From NCBI RefSeq assembly GCF_009914755.1, contig NC_060938.1: a DNA stretch of 64,000 nucleotides; one strand, 5' to 3'. The translations under genes and the position numbers were made by a program. Shown in pieces: positions 1 to 12,552 of this stretch; positions within the stretch are counted from its first letter, which is position 1, and each line of letters starts with the position of its first letter. The notes below the pieces were generated by a model, which saw only the letters and a list, made by a program, of their open reading frames with translations, was not told where the DNA came from and did not search any database. Origin of the DNA: the human T2T-CHM13v2.0 reference genome, Homo sapiens.

Positions 1-114
1 AGAGACAGGGTTCGCCATGTTGCCCAAGTTGATCTTGAACTCCTGGACTCAAGCAATTCACCCACGTTGACTGCTGACAGTGCTGGGATTACAGGTGTGA
101 GCCACCATGCCTGG
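1..114 (-). mobile_element. Alu left-arm fragment (AluJ/FLAM-like), cut by window edge
   Basis: Reverse-complement Alu motifs GTGCTGGGATTACAGGTGTGAGCCACCATGCCTGG and CTTGAACTCCTGGACTCAAGCAAT (J-type). Confidence 0.9.
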
Positions 115-118
115 TAGG

Positions 119-444
119 GATTAGCATTTTAATTGGTAGCCTGAGTAAAGCAGATCACTCTCTCCAGTGTGGGTGGGTATCTAGTCTGTTGAAGGCCTGA
201 ATAGAAGAAAAGGCGGAAGGTGAGAGAATCCACCCCTTTGGCTTGAATGCTTGAGTTGGACATGGGTCTTTTGCCCTCAGACGGAGACATCCTTGGCTCC
301 CCTGGTTGTCAGGCTTGAACTGGTTTGCAACACAGGCGTTCCTGGGTCTCCAGCTTGCAGATGGCACATCATGGAACTTCTCAGCCTCCACAATTGCATG
401 AGCTAATTCCTGATAATAAACCTCATTCTGGATAAATATGTGTA
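119..444 (+). mobile_element. MLT2-family ERVL LTR fragment
   Basis: GATTAGCATTT...GAGTAAAGCAGAT...TGTTGAAGGCCTGAATAGAA...CCAGCTTGCAGATGGCA...CTCAGCCTCCACAATTGCATGAGC...AATAAA resembles the MLT2 consensus. Confidence 0.75.
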
Positions 445-1152
445 TAATCATGTGCTACCTTATGACATTTCAGCCCATGATTGACTGCATATATGGTAGT
501 AGTCCTCTATTATTCTGTTTTTGCACTTCTATAAAGAAATACTTGAGACGGGGTAATTTATAAAAGAAAAATTTAATTGACTCATAGTTCTGCATGGCTG
601 GGGAAGCCTCAGGAAACTTACAATCATGGTGGAAGGTGAAGGGGAAGCAAGGACCTTCTTCACCAGGCCGCAAGAGAGACAAGAAGCAAGAGCAGGGAAA
701 ACTGCCTTAGAAAACCATCACACCTAGTGAGAACTCACTCACTATCATGAGAACAGCATGGGGGAAACTGTGCCCATGATCCAATCACCTCCCACCTGGC
801 CCCTCCCTCCACACATGGGGATTATGGGGATTGAAAACCTAGATGAGATTTGGGTGGGGACACAGAGCCAAACCACATCAGGTCCCATAAGAGTACAATA
901 CTGTATTTTTACTGTACCTTTTCTATGTTTAGGTATTTTTAGATACATGAATATTTACCATTTTTCTACAGTCGCCTACAGTATTCAATATAGTAATATG
1001 CTGTGTTGGTTTGCAGCTTAGGAGCGAAGGATACACCATATACCATCTAGGTTTGCATAAATATTCTGTATGATAGCACAATGACAATATCACCTAACAA
1101 CACATTTCCCAAAACATTTCCCTTTCCCTGTGCTTAAGCAATGCATAGCTCT
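445..1152 (+). mobile_element. Tigger3a/MER7-like TcMar MITE, split by an LTR at 506-880
   Basis: 5' part ATCATGTGC...GACTGCATATATGGTAGTAGTCC resumes at 881 as GGTCCCATAAGAGTACAATACTGTATTTTTACTGTACCTTTTCTATGTTTAG and ends TTAAGCAATGCATAGCT. Strand is nominal. Confidence 0.75.
506..880 (-). mobile_element. MaLR solo LTR (THE1D/MSTA-like)
   Basis: GGGTAATTTATAAAAGAAAA...CCTCAGGAAACTTACAATCATGG...GAGAACAGCATGGGGGAAAC...AGCCAAACCACATCA. 5-bp TSD AGTCC (501-505) / GGTCC (881-885). Confidence 0.9.
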
Positions 1153-1184
1153 ATATATTTGCATATCTATGCATGTATGTCAGT

Positions 1185-1290
1185 TAACTGTGTTGAGCCT
1201 CAGTTTCTTCATGAGGAGAACTGGTGATAATGATAACTTCCTAACAATGTTTTTTATGTTAAGAAGTAATGTACGTAAAGATCCTAATTA
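1185..1290 (+). mobile_element. MIR fragment
   Basis: GAGCCTCAGTTTCTTCAT core followed by GATAATGATAAC. Confidence 0.55.
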
Positions 1291-3719
1291 AGTACTTTGA
1301 GTACTACTGAAACTCACTAAGGAGTATCTCTTAATATCAAACCAGAAAAATGCCGTAAATGGCTTCATGACTCTGTAACCCTCAAAGGTCAATATTATCA
1401 TCAAGGATAATTAGAAGAGAAATAGTAGTGACTGGAGAATAGGTAAGAGGTTAAGTGGTTGGCAAAGGAAAAATAGATTTTTATTAATGCAACTATGAGA
1501 AGTTCACACACATTTGACAGTAAGTATGCTGAGGCCTTGGTCATAGTCTTTCTGTTTTTCTTAAAGAGTAGGGAGAAGGAGAGCAGATCAACCTAGGTTT
1601 TCTTTTTCTTTTTTTTTGTCTTCCCTGACATAAATTTATCATTATTGGACTCAAGTGATTTAAAAACTACATCTGTATTTTTCCTTGATTTCATTAGGCT
1701 TTTATGTCATGGTTGGCATTATGGACATAATTTCAGGAGTTGGGAATCCTCGGGGTAATAAGATTTTTAGAGTCAGATTTTTTTCTCAAAATGAAAGATT
1801 CACTTAAATGACTGAAAGCTCAACTTTTCAATATGAGGTGTAAATATCTATTCAGTCTTCACTTTATCCACATGTACTATGTAGCCCTTCCCTTCCTCAA
1901 TCACTAGCAAGAAATCCTCTGCTATACAGAATTTGCTCAGTTCTAGGAAATGTTCCAGTCTCTCTCTTTGCTTTGCCCACAAATTCTGCCCTTTTTTTCC
2001 AAGGACACCTAGAATAATCTCTTTATTGAATTCAGATTCTCTTATCAGAGCAAGAAATTGTAGCAGCTCTTGCTTCCTGCCTTGCAAAATCCCAGAGTGA
2101 AAGAGTTGCAAAGGACCTGGCTATCTGCGGAGATATTGGATTCTTTGTGTTATGGGTTGCAAGAGAGTGGAAGAAATATTGGCAGAATAAATTTAATATC
2201 TGAATAAATTATGCTGCAACGGGATACACAGTTTTTAATTTTTTTAAATAAAAATTACTATCTCCCAACCCTATTGAGCTCCAAGTAAAATACTGATTTA
2301 GGTTAAAAACTATCTTTGAATCATGTCAACATTATAATATCTGGTCCAAGTAATTTATTTGATTATCACTAATGCAGATATCACTGAAAGCCTTCTTCAT
2401 TTATTAGAGATTACAGTTAGTGAAAACAGGTCTCACATCATTTGGGCTTTAACCATGAAGGGAGAAAATAAATTTGGACTTCAGTATTATTAAGCATGAA
2501 AGAGGTTTAATTTTTAACAAAACTTACGTGCATGTAATTTTTTAAGGCACCAAACTTCAGGTATAAAGAAGCTCCCTTATAACAGCAATCATATTTTATC
2601 TATTAAGAGCACTTAGAGACAGCAGGTATACCTATACAGGTGGCTTGGCTTTTGCACATTAACTAAAAGTTTTGGTGGCTATGACTTCAGGAGCAAAACA
2701 AAAGAAAATAGTATCAGTAGATGTGCTTCTTAGTGTTTAGGTCATTCTATTGCAGTTATATCCCTACTAACCAGAGTCGTTTTAAAATTTCATGTTATTT
2801 ATTTGAAAGCATAGTGTGATTTTGTTCATGGCACAAAACAACTGCTTGATTTTCAAAGAGCACAACAGGGACTGTGATTGTAAAGTAAGGTGTAGAGTTG
2901 AATGAGCATGGGTTAAATTACAAGATAAAGAAGAGAGCTATTCGGGCTCAGTAAGTTATCCATTGAATTGGCAAGAGAGTGTTATAAACAGAATGTTTCT
3001 AATTGAAGGAAACAAGTCTTGAGCTAATTGGAATAAACCTTTGGCTACCAACATACCTGGAACTCAACAGAGCATATTCCTTGCCATACCCTTGGCCTGT
3101 TTCAGAAGTCACAAGCCATGCATTTCTAATCTGCCACCTTGGATAGGATAAGGTTTCTCATAAAATGTCTTGAGCATTACCACTGTCTTATAAACAGCAA
3201 TATAATCAGTGAATGGCAAATCTATTAGTAAAACCTTATGTATGCAGCAGTGTTGGGTGATCAATTGGCTGCAAAAACATGAAAAAGGTATTCAGGATGG
3301 GATCATTTCCAGACATTGTGTTCTTGGATCATTGATTCAGCTTTGCTCAGCTTCCACATGGCATGCAAGCAACACAGAATGATTATTCCAAATGCTCAAT
3401 CTTACATGCTGGCTGATACTACTATCACAAGAAAGAAGAGGTTTCTTAAGAAAATCTGCCTTTGCAGTGTCTCAGCCACCAGCCCAGGAAAAGCAGGCCA
3501 TTCAAACCTCAGTCTTCTCACTTTTCACTTTTAACATGAGACCTTTCTAGTAGTAAATTAAGCGTCCACATTAATGTCTAACAGTTTTAGGCTCTAATCA
3601 ACAGAAATAACCTAAAAGCTAGACAATTATCAATGTCTCTCTCTATGTGATCTCATTCCTATCCCTCTGAGTCTGTATTTCTCATTCTTGTTTGCTATAG
3701 CTTTGTCTTGCAAAATATA

Positions 3720-5039
3720 ACACACACAAGAAATGCATACAATGAAAATAGATAACTAAATTATCCCCAAAATAAAGCCAGGATAACAATCACCCAAATC
3801 GAGAAATAGTATATTTTAGCACCTGAGAAAGTTCTCTTGTGCCTTTTTGCAATCCTCTCTCTCCTTCCCTTCCAAAGATAACTATTACTGTTGTTAATTG
3901 TAATTACTTTCTTTATCGTGTAATCACTTAGGCATACTTAAACACTAAAATTTGGTTTTAATTATTTTTGAACTTTGTTTAAATTAAACCATATTATATG
4001 TGTGGTGTTGTGTTTGGTTCTTTTAACTTGTCATTTTGTTTGTGAAATTTATCCATGTTTTCCTAGTTGCATTTTATTTCTATTAAGATTTAGTATTCTA
4101 CTATATGATTATCTCACAATTCATGTATTTATTTATTTATTTATTTATTTTTGTTAGTGAACATCTAAATAGTGTTCAGTTTGAAGTTTATATTAGTCGG
4201 GATTTTCCAAAGAAATAGAACCAGTAAGACATATATACATATGGGTGCGGGGAGGAGGCAGAAAAAGAGAAATTGATTGATTGGTAGATTCGAAGGCAAT
4301 GGTTCACGTGATTATGGAGACTGGCAAGTCCAAACTCTGCAAGGTAGACTCACAGTCTGGAGACCCATGGGAAAGTTTGTTGCAGTATTAGTCTGAAGGT
4401 GATCTAGGGGCAGAATTTCTTCCTTAATGGGGATCTCAGTCTTTTATCCTAAGGCTTTCAACTGACTATCAAAAGATTGTGGAAATTCATCTGCTTCATT
4501 CAGCCTACTGACTTAATCATACCTAAAAAATAACATTCACAGCAACATCTAGACTGCTGTTTAATCCAAAACTAGGTAATTGGCCTAGTCAGGCTGACAT
4601 ATGAAATTAACTATAGCAGAGCTATTAGGGAAAGTGCAACTCTGTACAATTTTGTGCACTTGTTTTTATAAACATAGTTATGCTTCCTCATGGAAGAAAC
4701 GTAGGAATGAAACTGAATAATGCTAAACTGTTTTTCCAAGTTGTAGCACCACTTACTTTCCACTCAGCACTGCAGAAGAGGTCTTGTTGCTCTGTATTCT
4801 CTTTTGTTAAGTGGCTTCTTATATCCTTTGGGTATTTTTATATTAGCTGTTATTTTTTATTTGCTTTTTGTCTTTAGACATTTTAGATATGAGCTGTGTA
4901 TTTGTTATACATGTTGCAAATAAACATTGTCTACTTTTTTTTGCCTTTTAAGTTTCTTAATAGTATCTTTTGATGAGTAGAGTTTCTTAATTTTAATGTA
5001 GCCAAGCTAGAGATTGGATCTGTAATTGTTAATGCATTT
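3720..5039 (-). mobile_element. Old L1 (L1ME-like) 3' fragment, interrupted by an MLT2 LTR
   Basis: T-rich degenerate L1 3' motifs such as TGTGAAATTTATCCATGTT, AAACTGTTTTTCCAAG and TCTTAATTTTAATGTAG. Confidence 0.6.
4170..4618 (-). mobile_element. MLT2-family ERVL solo LTR
   Basis: TATTAGTCGGGATTTTCCAAAGAAATAGAACCAGTA...GTGATTATGGAGACTGGCAAGTCC...GACATATGAAATTAACTATA. Confidence 0.75.
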
Positions 5040-7014
5040 TAAAAAACACTTTATTATTTTAGAACACTTTTAGGTTTATATCAAGATTGAGAGAAAGGTA
5101 CACAGATTTCTCATATACCTCTTGTGTCCCACACATGCATAGTCTCTCCCATTATCAACATCTCCTAACAGAGTGGTACGTACTATATTGACACATCATT
5201 ATCACTCAAAGTCTATAGTTTACATTAGGGTTCACTCCTGGTGTTGTACATTCTATGGATTTGAACAAATGTGTAATGACATGCAACCACCATTGTAGTA
5301 TCATACAGATGAAACCAATGTCCTAAAAATCCTCTGTGCTCCCTCCATTCATTCCTTCCTTCCCTCAAATCCATGCTAACCACTAATATTTGTACTGTCT
5401 CCATAGTTAACTTACCTTTTCCAGAATCTCATATAATTAGAATCATACAGTATATAGCCTTCTCAAACTGGCCTTTTTTAAACCTAGTCATATGCACTTA
5501 AATTTTCTCCATGTCTTTTCATGGCTTGATAGCTCACTTCTTTTTAGTGTTGAATAATATTTCACTATCTAGATATCTAGATGTACCGCAGTTTATTGTA
5601 TTGATTAACTAATGGAAGGACATCTTGGTTTCTTCCAATTTTGACAGTTATACATAAAGCTACCACAAACATCCATCTGCAGATTTTTGAGTGGACATGT
5701 TTTCAATTCCTGTAAGTACCAAGGAACATGATTGCTGAATCTTATGGTAACAGTATTTTCAGTTTTGTGAGAAACTGCAAAATTATTTTCTAAAGTAGTT
5801 GTACTATTTTGCATTCCCTGCAGCAATGAATGAGAATTCCTGTTGCTCCTCATTCTCTACTGACATGTTCGGTATTGTCAGTATTCTGGATTTGGGCCCT
5901 CTAATAGGTGTGTAGTGGCATGGCATTATTGTTTAAATTTGTATTTCCCTGATGAAATATGATGCAGAACATATTATGCTTATTTGTCATTTATATTTTT
6001 GGTGAGTTGTCATAAGGCCTTTGGCTCCTTTTTAATCAAGTTGTTTGTTTTCTTATTGTTAAGTTTAAAGGTTTTTTTGTACATTTTGGATAACAGTCCT
6101 TTATCAGATATGTCTATTGCAAATATTTTCTCTCAGTTTGTGATTTGTTGTTTTATTCTCTGCACAATGTCTTTCGCAGAGCATTTATTTTTAAATTTAA
6201 TGATGTACTCCTTATCAATTCTTTCTTTCTTCCATGAATTGTGCCTTTAGTGTAGTATGTAAAAAGTCACCACCAAAGTCGAGATCATCTAGATTCTCTC
6301 CTATTCTATCTTCTAGGTTTATCATTTTGTGTTTTACATTTAGATTTGTGATATCTTTTGAGTTAATTTTTCGTGAAGGGTGTAAAGTCTGTGTCTTGGT
6401 TTATTTTTTTGCATGTGGATGTTCAGTTCTTCCAGTACCATTTGTTGAAAACACTATCTGTGTTACATTGTACTGCCATTGCTCCTTTACCAAAGATTGC
6501 TTGATTATATTTATGTGGGCATATTTCTGGGTCTTCTGTTCTTTTTTATTGATCTACTTGTCTGTTACTTCATTAATACCATACTGTCTTTGATTAGTAA
6601 AACTTCATATTAACCCTTGAAATTGAGTAGAGTCTGTTCTCAAACTTTATTCTTCTCCTTCAATATTGCATCGGCTACTCTGGGTCTTTTTCCTGTCTTT
6701 ATACACCTTAGAATCAGTTTTTCAATATTCACAAAATAACTCACTACCATTTTATTGGGGATTGCATTGAATTATGTAGGTCAATGCAAGTTGGGAAGAA
6801 ATGGCATCTTGACAATATTGCATCTTTTTATTCATCAACATAAAATATTTCTCCATTTATTTTGTATTTTGTTTTCTTCCATCAGAATTTTGTGGTTTTT
6901 CTTGCATAGACCTTGTAAATATTTTGCTAAAATTATATCTACATATTTTATTTTTGGAGTGTGCTACTACAAATGATATTGTTTTTATTTCAAATTTCAA
7001 TTTTATTGCAGGTA

Positions 7015-7200
7015 CAATAAGTCTTCAATTAACATCATTAATAGGTTCTTTGAAACTGCAACTTTAAGTGAAAGGACATATGAATTAAAAAAATTTTTTT
7101 TCTCTCATGAACATTTTAACAAAACTATACTAAATGAAATGATGTTACATCGTTTCACTTAAAGTCACAGTTTCAAAAAACCTATTGACAACATTAAGAC
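7015..7200. mobile_element. MER6-family TcMar-Tigger MITE with long inverted termini
   Basis: AATAGGTTCTTTGAAACTGCAACTTTAAGTGAAA (~7040-7073) is the near reverse complement of TTTCACTTAAAGTCACAGTTTCAAAAAACCTATT (~7153-7186). Preceded by TA. Confidence 0.75.
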
Positions 7201-7581
7201 TAAATTTATGTAGAAAATATTGGCCTTTTGTATATTAACCTTGTATCATGTAACCTCACCATGTGTAGTTGTTGATTAGTTCCAGGAGAATTTTGTCAGT
7301 TCTTTTGGATTTTCTATATATTCATGTCATTTGCAACCAGTTTTATTTATTTCCTAATCAGTAAATCTGTTATTTCCTTTTCTTGTTTTATTGCATTAAC
7401 TAAGACTTCCAGTATGATTTTGAAAAACAATGAAGAGAGGGTATTCTTGCCTTATTCCTGATCTTGTCAGAAAAGCTTGGAGTTTCTTACCATTAAGTAA
7501 ATATGGTTAGTAAAATAAGTTAGCTGTAGGTATTTTGTAGATATTCTTCATTAGCTTGAGGAAGTCTCTCTCTATTCCTAG

Positions 7582-8063
<482 letters not shown>

Positions 8064-8785
8064 AATCAGATGTATAATTATTCTTATATATTGTTTAATT
8101 TGCTAAGAATTTTTGCATGTATGTTTGTAGAAGATATTTATCTTTAAATAATGTCTTAAGACATTGATCATTTAGGTTCTTGTAATGTCTTTGTCTGTTT
8201 TTGGTATTAGGATAATGCTTGTCTTATCAAAGGAGTTAAGAAACAGTTCCTCTGCTTCTACCATATCAAAAACATTTAGAGAATTGGTACAATTTTTTCT
8301 TAAATTTTTGGTAGAATGTACCAGTGAACCTATCTGGGCCTGCTGCTGTCTGCTTTAGAAAGTTATTAATTATTGATTCAATTTCTCTTATAGATACAGG
8401 TCTATTCAGATTGTCTGTTTCTTTTTGGGTGAGTTTTGACAGATTGTGTTTTTCAAGTTATTGGCCCATCTCTCCCAGGCTATTTAATTTGTGGGCACAG
8501 AATTTTTGATAGTATTTCTTTTTATCTTTTTAATGTGCATGAAATCTTTATAATCTGTATTGGTGTCCCATTTTATTTCTGATATTAGTAATCTGTGTCC
8601 TATCTATCTTTTAGCTAGCCTGTTTAGTGTCTCATTTATTTTATGTATTTATTTATTGGGTTCATTGATTTTTCTCTATTTTTTTTATTTTCAAGTTTGG
8701 TGAGCCCAGCTGTAATTTTTATTATTCCTTTTTTTCTGCTTACTTTGGATTGAATTTGTTCTCCTTTTTCTAGTGTCTTAAGGTT

Positions 8786-10250
8786 GGTTAGTGCTTTCTG
8801 ATTCTGATTAAGAATTTTTGACAATGATTAGTAAATGTTATATCATATATTAGATGTCACATATTGTATGTTAAATATTAAATATATACAATCTTCTGGG
8901 AGATGCATTATTTTGACTTCCACATGTAGATCTGCATCTACTTGGAAGTGACTTTGTATAAGATGTGAAGTAAACATCCACTTTTATTTTTTTACATGTG
9001 GATATCCAGTTATCCTATAATAATTTTTTAAAATAAATTAAATCTGTTTTTTATCAACTGTTCTGCAGTGTCATCTTTTTCTTAAATATCAATATATACA
9101 TGGTATGTGTTGATTTTTTTATTTCATTGGTCTATTTCTCTGTTGCTGCACTGATACCACACTATCATAACTACTATGTTTTATAATACATCTGTAATAA
9201 GGTTTTGTTTGAGATGCAAGGCAAAGAATCAGTTGCAGTTTTCTCATGTGGATAACCAGTTGTTATAGGACTATTTATTGGATAGTCCAAAATTTCTACA
9301 TTATCTGAAATATCAAATTTCTCATGTAAATGTTTAAAAATACATGTCTATTTGTGTATTCTTTATTTCATGTCATTGGTCAGTATTTTTTAGGGACTCA
9401 TAGTATCTAAATTACTGTAGTTTAACAAAGCTATAGATTTGATACCTGGTAGAGTAAGACCAACTATATTCTTATTCTTATGTGTTTCTTCTTGGGTCTT
9501 TTATTTCTACATACATTTTAATGTAATTTGTTATGTAACCCCCCAAAAATATTCCTGTCAAAATTTTGATTATAATTGCATTTTATGTAAGTAATGTGAA
9601 GAGAATAACATCTTTGCCATATGAAGTCTTTATACTAATGATTGTGGTATATTACTCATATATTGAAGTGGTGTTTATGTTCTTTCAATGAATGTGGCAT
9701 ATTACTTCTTTTTTTTAAGGCAATGTTTTACATTGCTTCAAAACATGAATTTTCTCTATCAATATCATCTATTTATATATTTTATTAGGTTTATTTCTAG
9801 GTACCTTACATATTTTTCATTTATTTACCTTGATGACAATGATAATGCTCTCTACCTTTTTGTTGCCAATATATGAAAACACAATTAATTTTTGTTATTA
9901 GTGTTACATGTGGTTATCTTGTTAATCTCTTATTAACTTGTTATTTTGTCTGTACCTCTTGGGGAAGGTGTTTATTTCATTTGCAATAGTTTGGTTTTTT
10001 TCTTTTCCAGAGTTTTAAGAATGTAGCTATCTTTATTTGTTGACTATTTTTATGTTTTAGATATATTTTTTAAAACATCATAAAGATAGATGATTTTGTC
10101 CAGCTGATCTGACATTTGATATTTTTATTTTCTAATTTTTGTCTATTTATATTTATTAATATTAGGCATTTGAATTTCAGTATTTTTTGTTTTCTTGTTT
10201 TGTCTTTGTTTTTTATTTGTTTTCATGCTATATTTCTGTTCTCCAAATTG
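8786..10250 (-). mobile_element. Old L1 (L1ME-like) ORF2 fragments
   Basis: Degenerate motifs CATGTGGATATCCAGTT, CTGATACCACACT and TTAGGTTTATTTCTAGGTA. Confidence 0.55.
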
Positions 10251-11015
10251 AATAATAGAAATAAGGGCAAATGGTTTTTAAACAGACAAAAAAAGTTCAA
10301 ACAATATACTAAAAATCCATGTATATGTCTTACTTGCTATTGTAAAGGTTGCTAAGAAATTAAAAAAAAACATTATTATCACTATAGTACTAGACACCAT
10401 TTTCCATAGTGCCACTTGGTACAGAATTTTTAATATTTTCATGTAACAATTATCTATTAAATTTAATTATATATGAACATTTAATCTTATTTTCTTATAG
10501 CCATCTTTCCTCAGGATCATCTGGATTTATTATTTTTTCTCTTGCTTCACATGCTGAAATCTGCATAGTTATGCTGAAAAATTATGTTGCTCCTAACAAT
10601 TACCTGAAATAATTGTATTCAGTTGTAAGACCCTTTCCTTTTCCCTGCCGATACTGGGTTTTTACTCATCTTGCAATATTTTTATCTCCTAAGGTGGTTT
10701 TTTGTTTTTTGGTTTTTTTGCTGGGCGCAGGGGCGGTTCTTTGTCTTTGACTTCGGCTCTTTTCCTTCTCTTCTCATCATTTGTCTTCTACCCCTCTACT
10801 ATCAAAACCATTTCCATTTTAAGTGCATATTTACCATAAAACCAAGAACAAATAGAAAAGTTGAAATAAAAGAAGTATTTATCTCATGTTGCTGGTTACG
10901 CAAGTTGATAAATTACTGGTTAAAGGATTTTGGATTACTTAACTATATACATACTGGTTATGCCAGAGAGGATGAACTATGTATTTTAAGATCTACTTTT
11001 TCTAGCAGTTACCCC

Positions 11016-11073
11016 TGTAGAAGTTTCTGTTTCCAGGTCAGCATTGTGGAAGTTTCTGTTTCCACATCAGCAT
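11016..11073 (+). repeat. 29-bp tandem duplication, each unit containing AGTTTCTGTTTCC (ISRE consensus match)
   Basis: TGTAGAAGTTTCTGTTTCCAGGTCAGCAT / TGTGGAAGTTTCTGTTTCCACATCAGCAT, 26/29 identical. Confidence 0.9.
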
Positions 11074-11419
11074 CTGCATATGTAGATCCATGATCCATGA
11101 GAAGCAGAAATTTAGAGAGGTAAGTTCATGAATATCATTTAAGCAAATATTATTTTCACTCGACTTTGAGGTGCAGTTGGGATTTGGGGCACATTCTTTT
11201 ACACAAATCATCAAACTTAGATCTGTGCCCTCTGTTTCAAGATTGAGGGCATTCTCAACACTCTTTTATCTTGAGCTCTATGTGAATTGCCACTTCTTGT
11301 ATCTGTTCCCAAAAGATAACTCATAAATGAAAAACCTACAGTGACATTAATGAGTCATACAATTGGCAAACTTAAAAATCAAAATTCCTTGATCAGGGCA
11401 AAAATTATGATGCCTAATA

Positions 11420-11600
11420 CCTTTAGCACTTGTTACTACATTGTTCTAAGTACTTTGTATATAGTAATTTCTTTAAACTTTACTACCATACCACAGATAG
11501 GTGTTCTATATTTTGGATGAGGTTAATTAATTTTCCTTAGGTCACACAAGTTATTAATTTGCATCCATATAATATGACTTCAGAACCGATTCTCTTAACT
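11420..11600 (-). mobile_element. MIR fragment
   Basis: CATTGTTCTAAGTACTTT...GAGGTTAATTAATTTTCCTTAGGTCACACA. Confidence 0.55.
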
Positions 11601-12169
11601 GTCACACTCAACTTCCTCAAAGTTAGTAATAGGGGAATTCAATTAAAGTTCTGGTTTTCGGTTCCAAAGACGGTTATCTGATGCTTTGTCCAAGAATAGA
11701 CAGGCTGGTAGATATTTACAGTAACTGGTATGTATGTATGCATTGTTTTATAAGATATCACAATTGGGCTCACTAATCAAAAATTAAGATATTCAATTAG
11801 TATTTTATTCTTCTTCTTCTCTCTCTCTCATTTGATTCCTTTATTTGCCAGCTACCATGATTTAGTGCAGGATTTGGCCTACATTCATTTTTATCCAATA
11901 TAAACCTTGCTGAAGTCCTAAACTTTGCATACTTACTGCCAGCCAACTTTATTATTTTATGAAGTTAGAAAAGCTGGATCTTTCCTGTTTCACTCAGATA
12001 AAAGTATCTTGGCTTTCCCTACTCCACTGTGATCAGGCTAACCATATGGAGTTTTCTCTTACTTTTCTTGCTTTTTATATCATAAGCAAACACATTTTGA
12101 GATATACAATATAGCAGAACTAGTATAGTCATTAATTGGCAGTGGGTTTAATATATGAAATAGGATATT

Positions 12170-12370
12170 AGTTAATAGCAAACTATTAAGCTATAGTTAC
12201 CTGGGTTCAAGTCCCAGCACTCTTTTAGATACACAACCTTAAGTAATTTACAAAAAAAACTTTCTGTGCCTCTGATTTCTCATTTATAAATGTAAAGATG
12301 ATGACACTGATTTTAAATATATCCTAGACTTCTTATAATAATTAAATGAATTAACATGTATAAAATGAAT
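12170..12370 (+). mobile_element. MIR
   Basis: CCTGGGTTCAAGTCCCAGC...TCTGTGCCTCTGATTTCTCATTTATAAA...ATTAAATGA. Confidence 0.7.
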
Positions 12371-12552
12371 TCTGCCTTTTACAGGGTATGTGTCATATAA
12401 TTACTAATGTGTTATTAATAGTCTGTCTTTTTTGAGTTAGAAAAATTTAACTTTAATTGAAAAAAATATATATATACACACATACACAAATACATGTATA
12501 GTTACAAACAGTAACAATGAATATAAATAAAAGTCATTATGTTGTAGAGGAA

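Noticed and set aside
5567-5582. 16-bp perfect palindrome ATCTAGATATCTAGAT
   Set aside because: A trivial duplication of an 8-mer inside an old L1.
7015-7200. Long inverted repeat as a novel hairpin
   Set aside because: Explained by the inverted termini of a MER6-family MITE.
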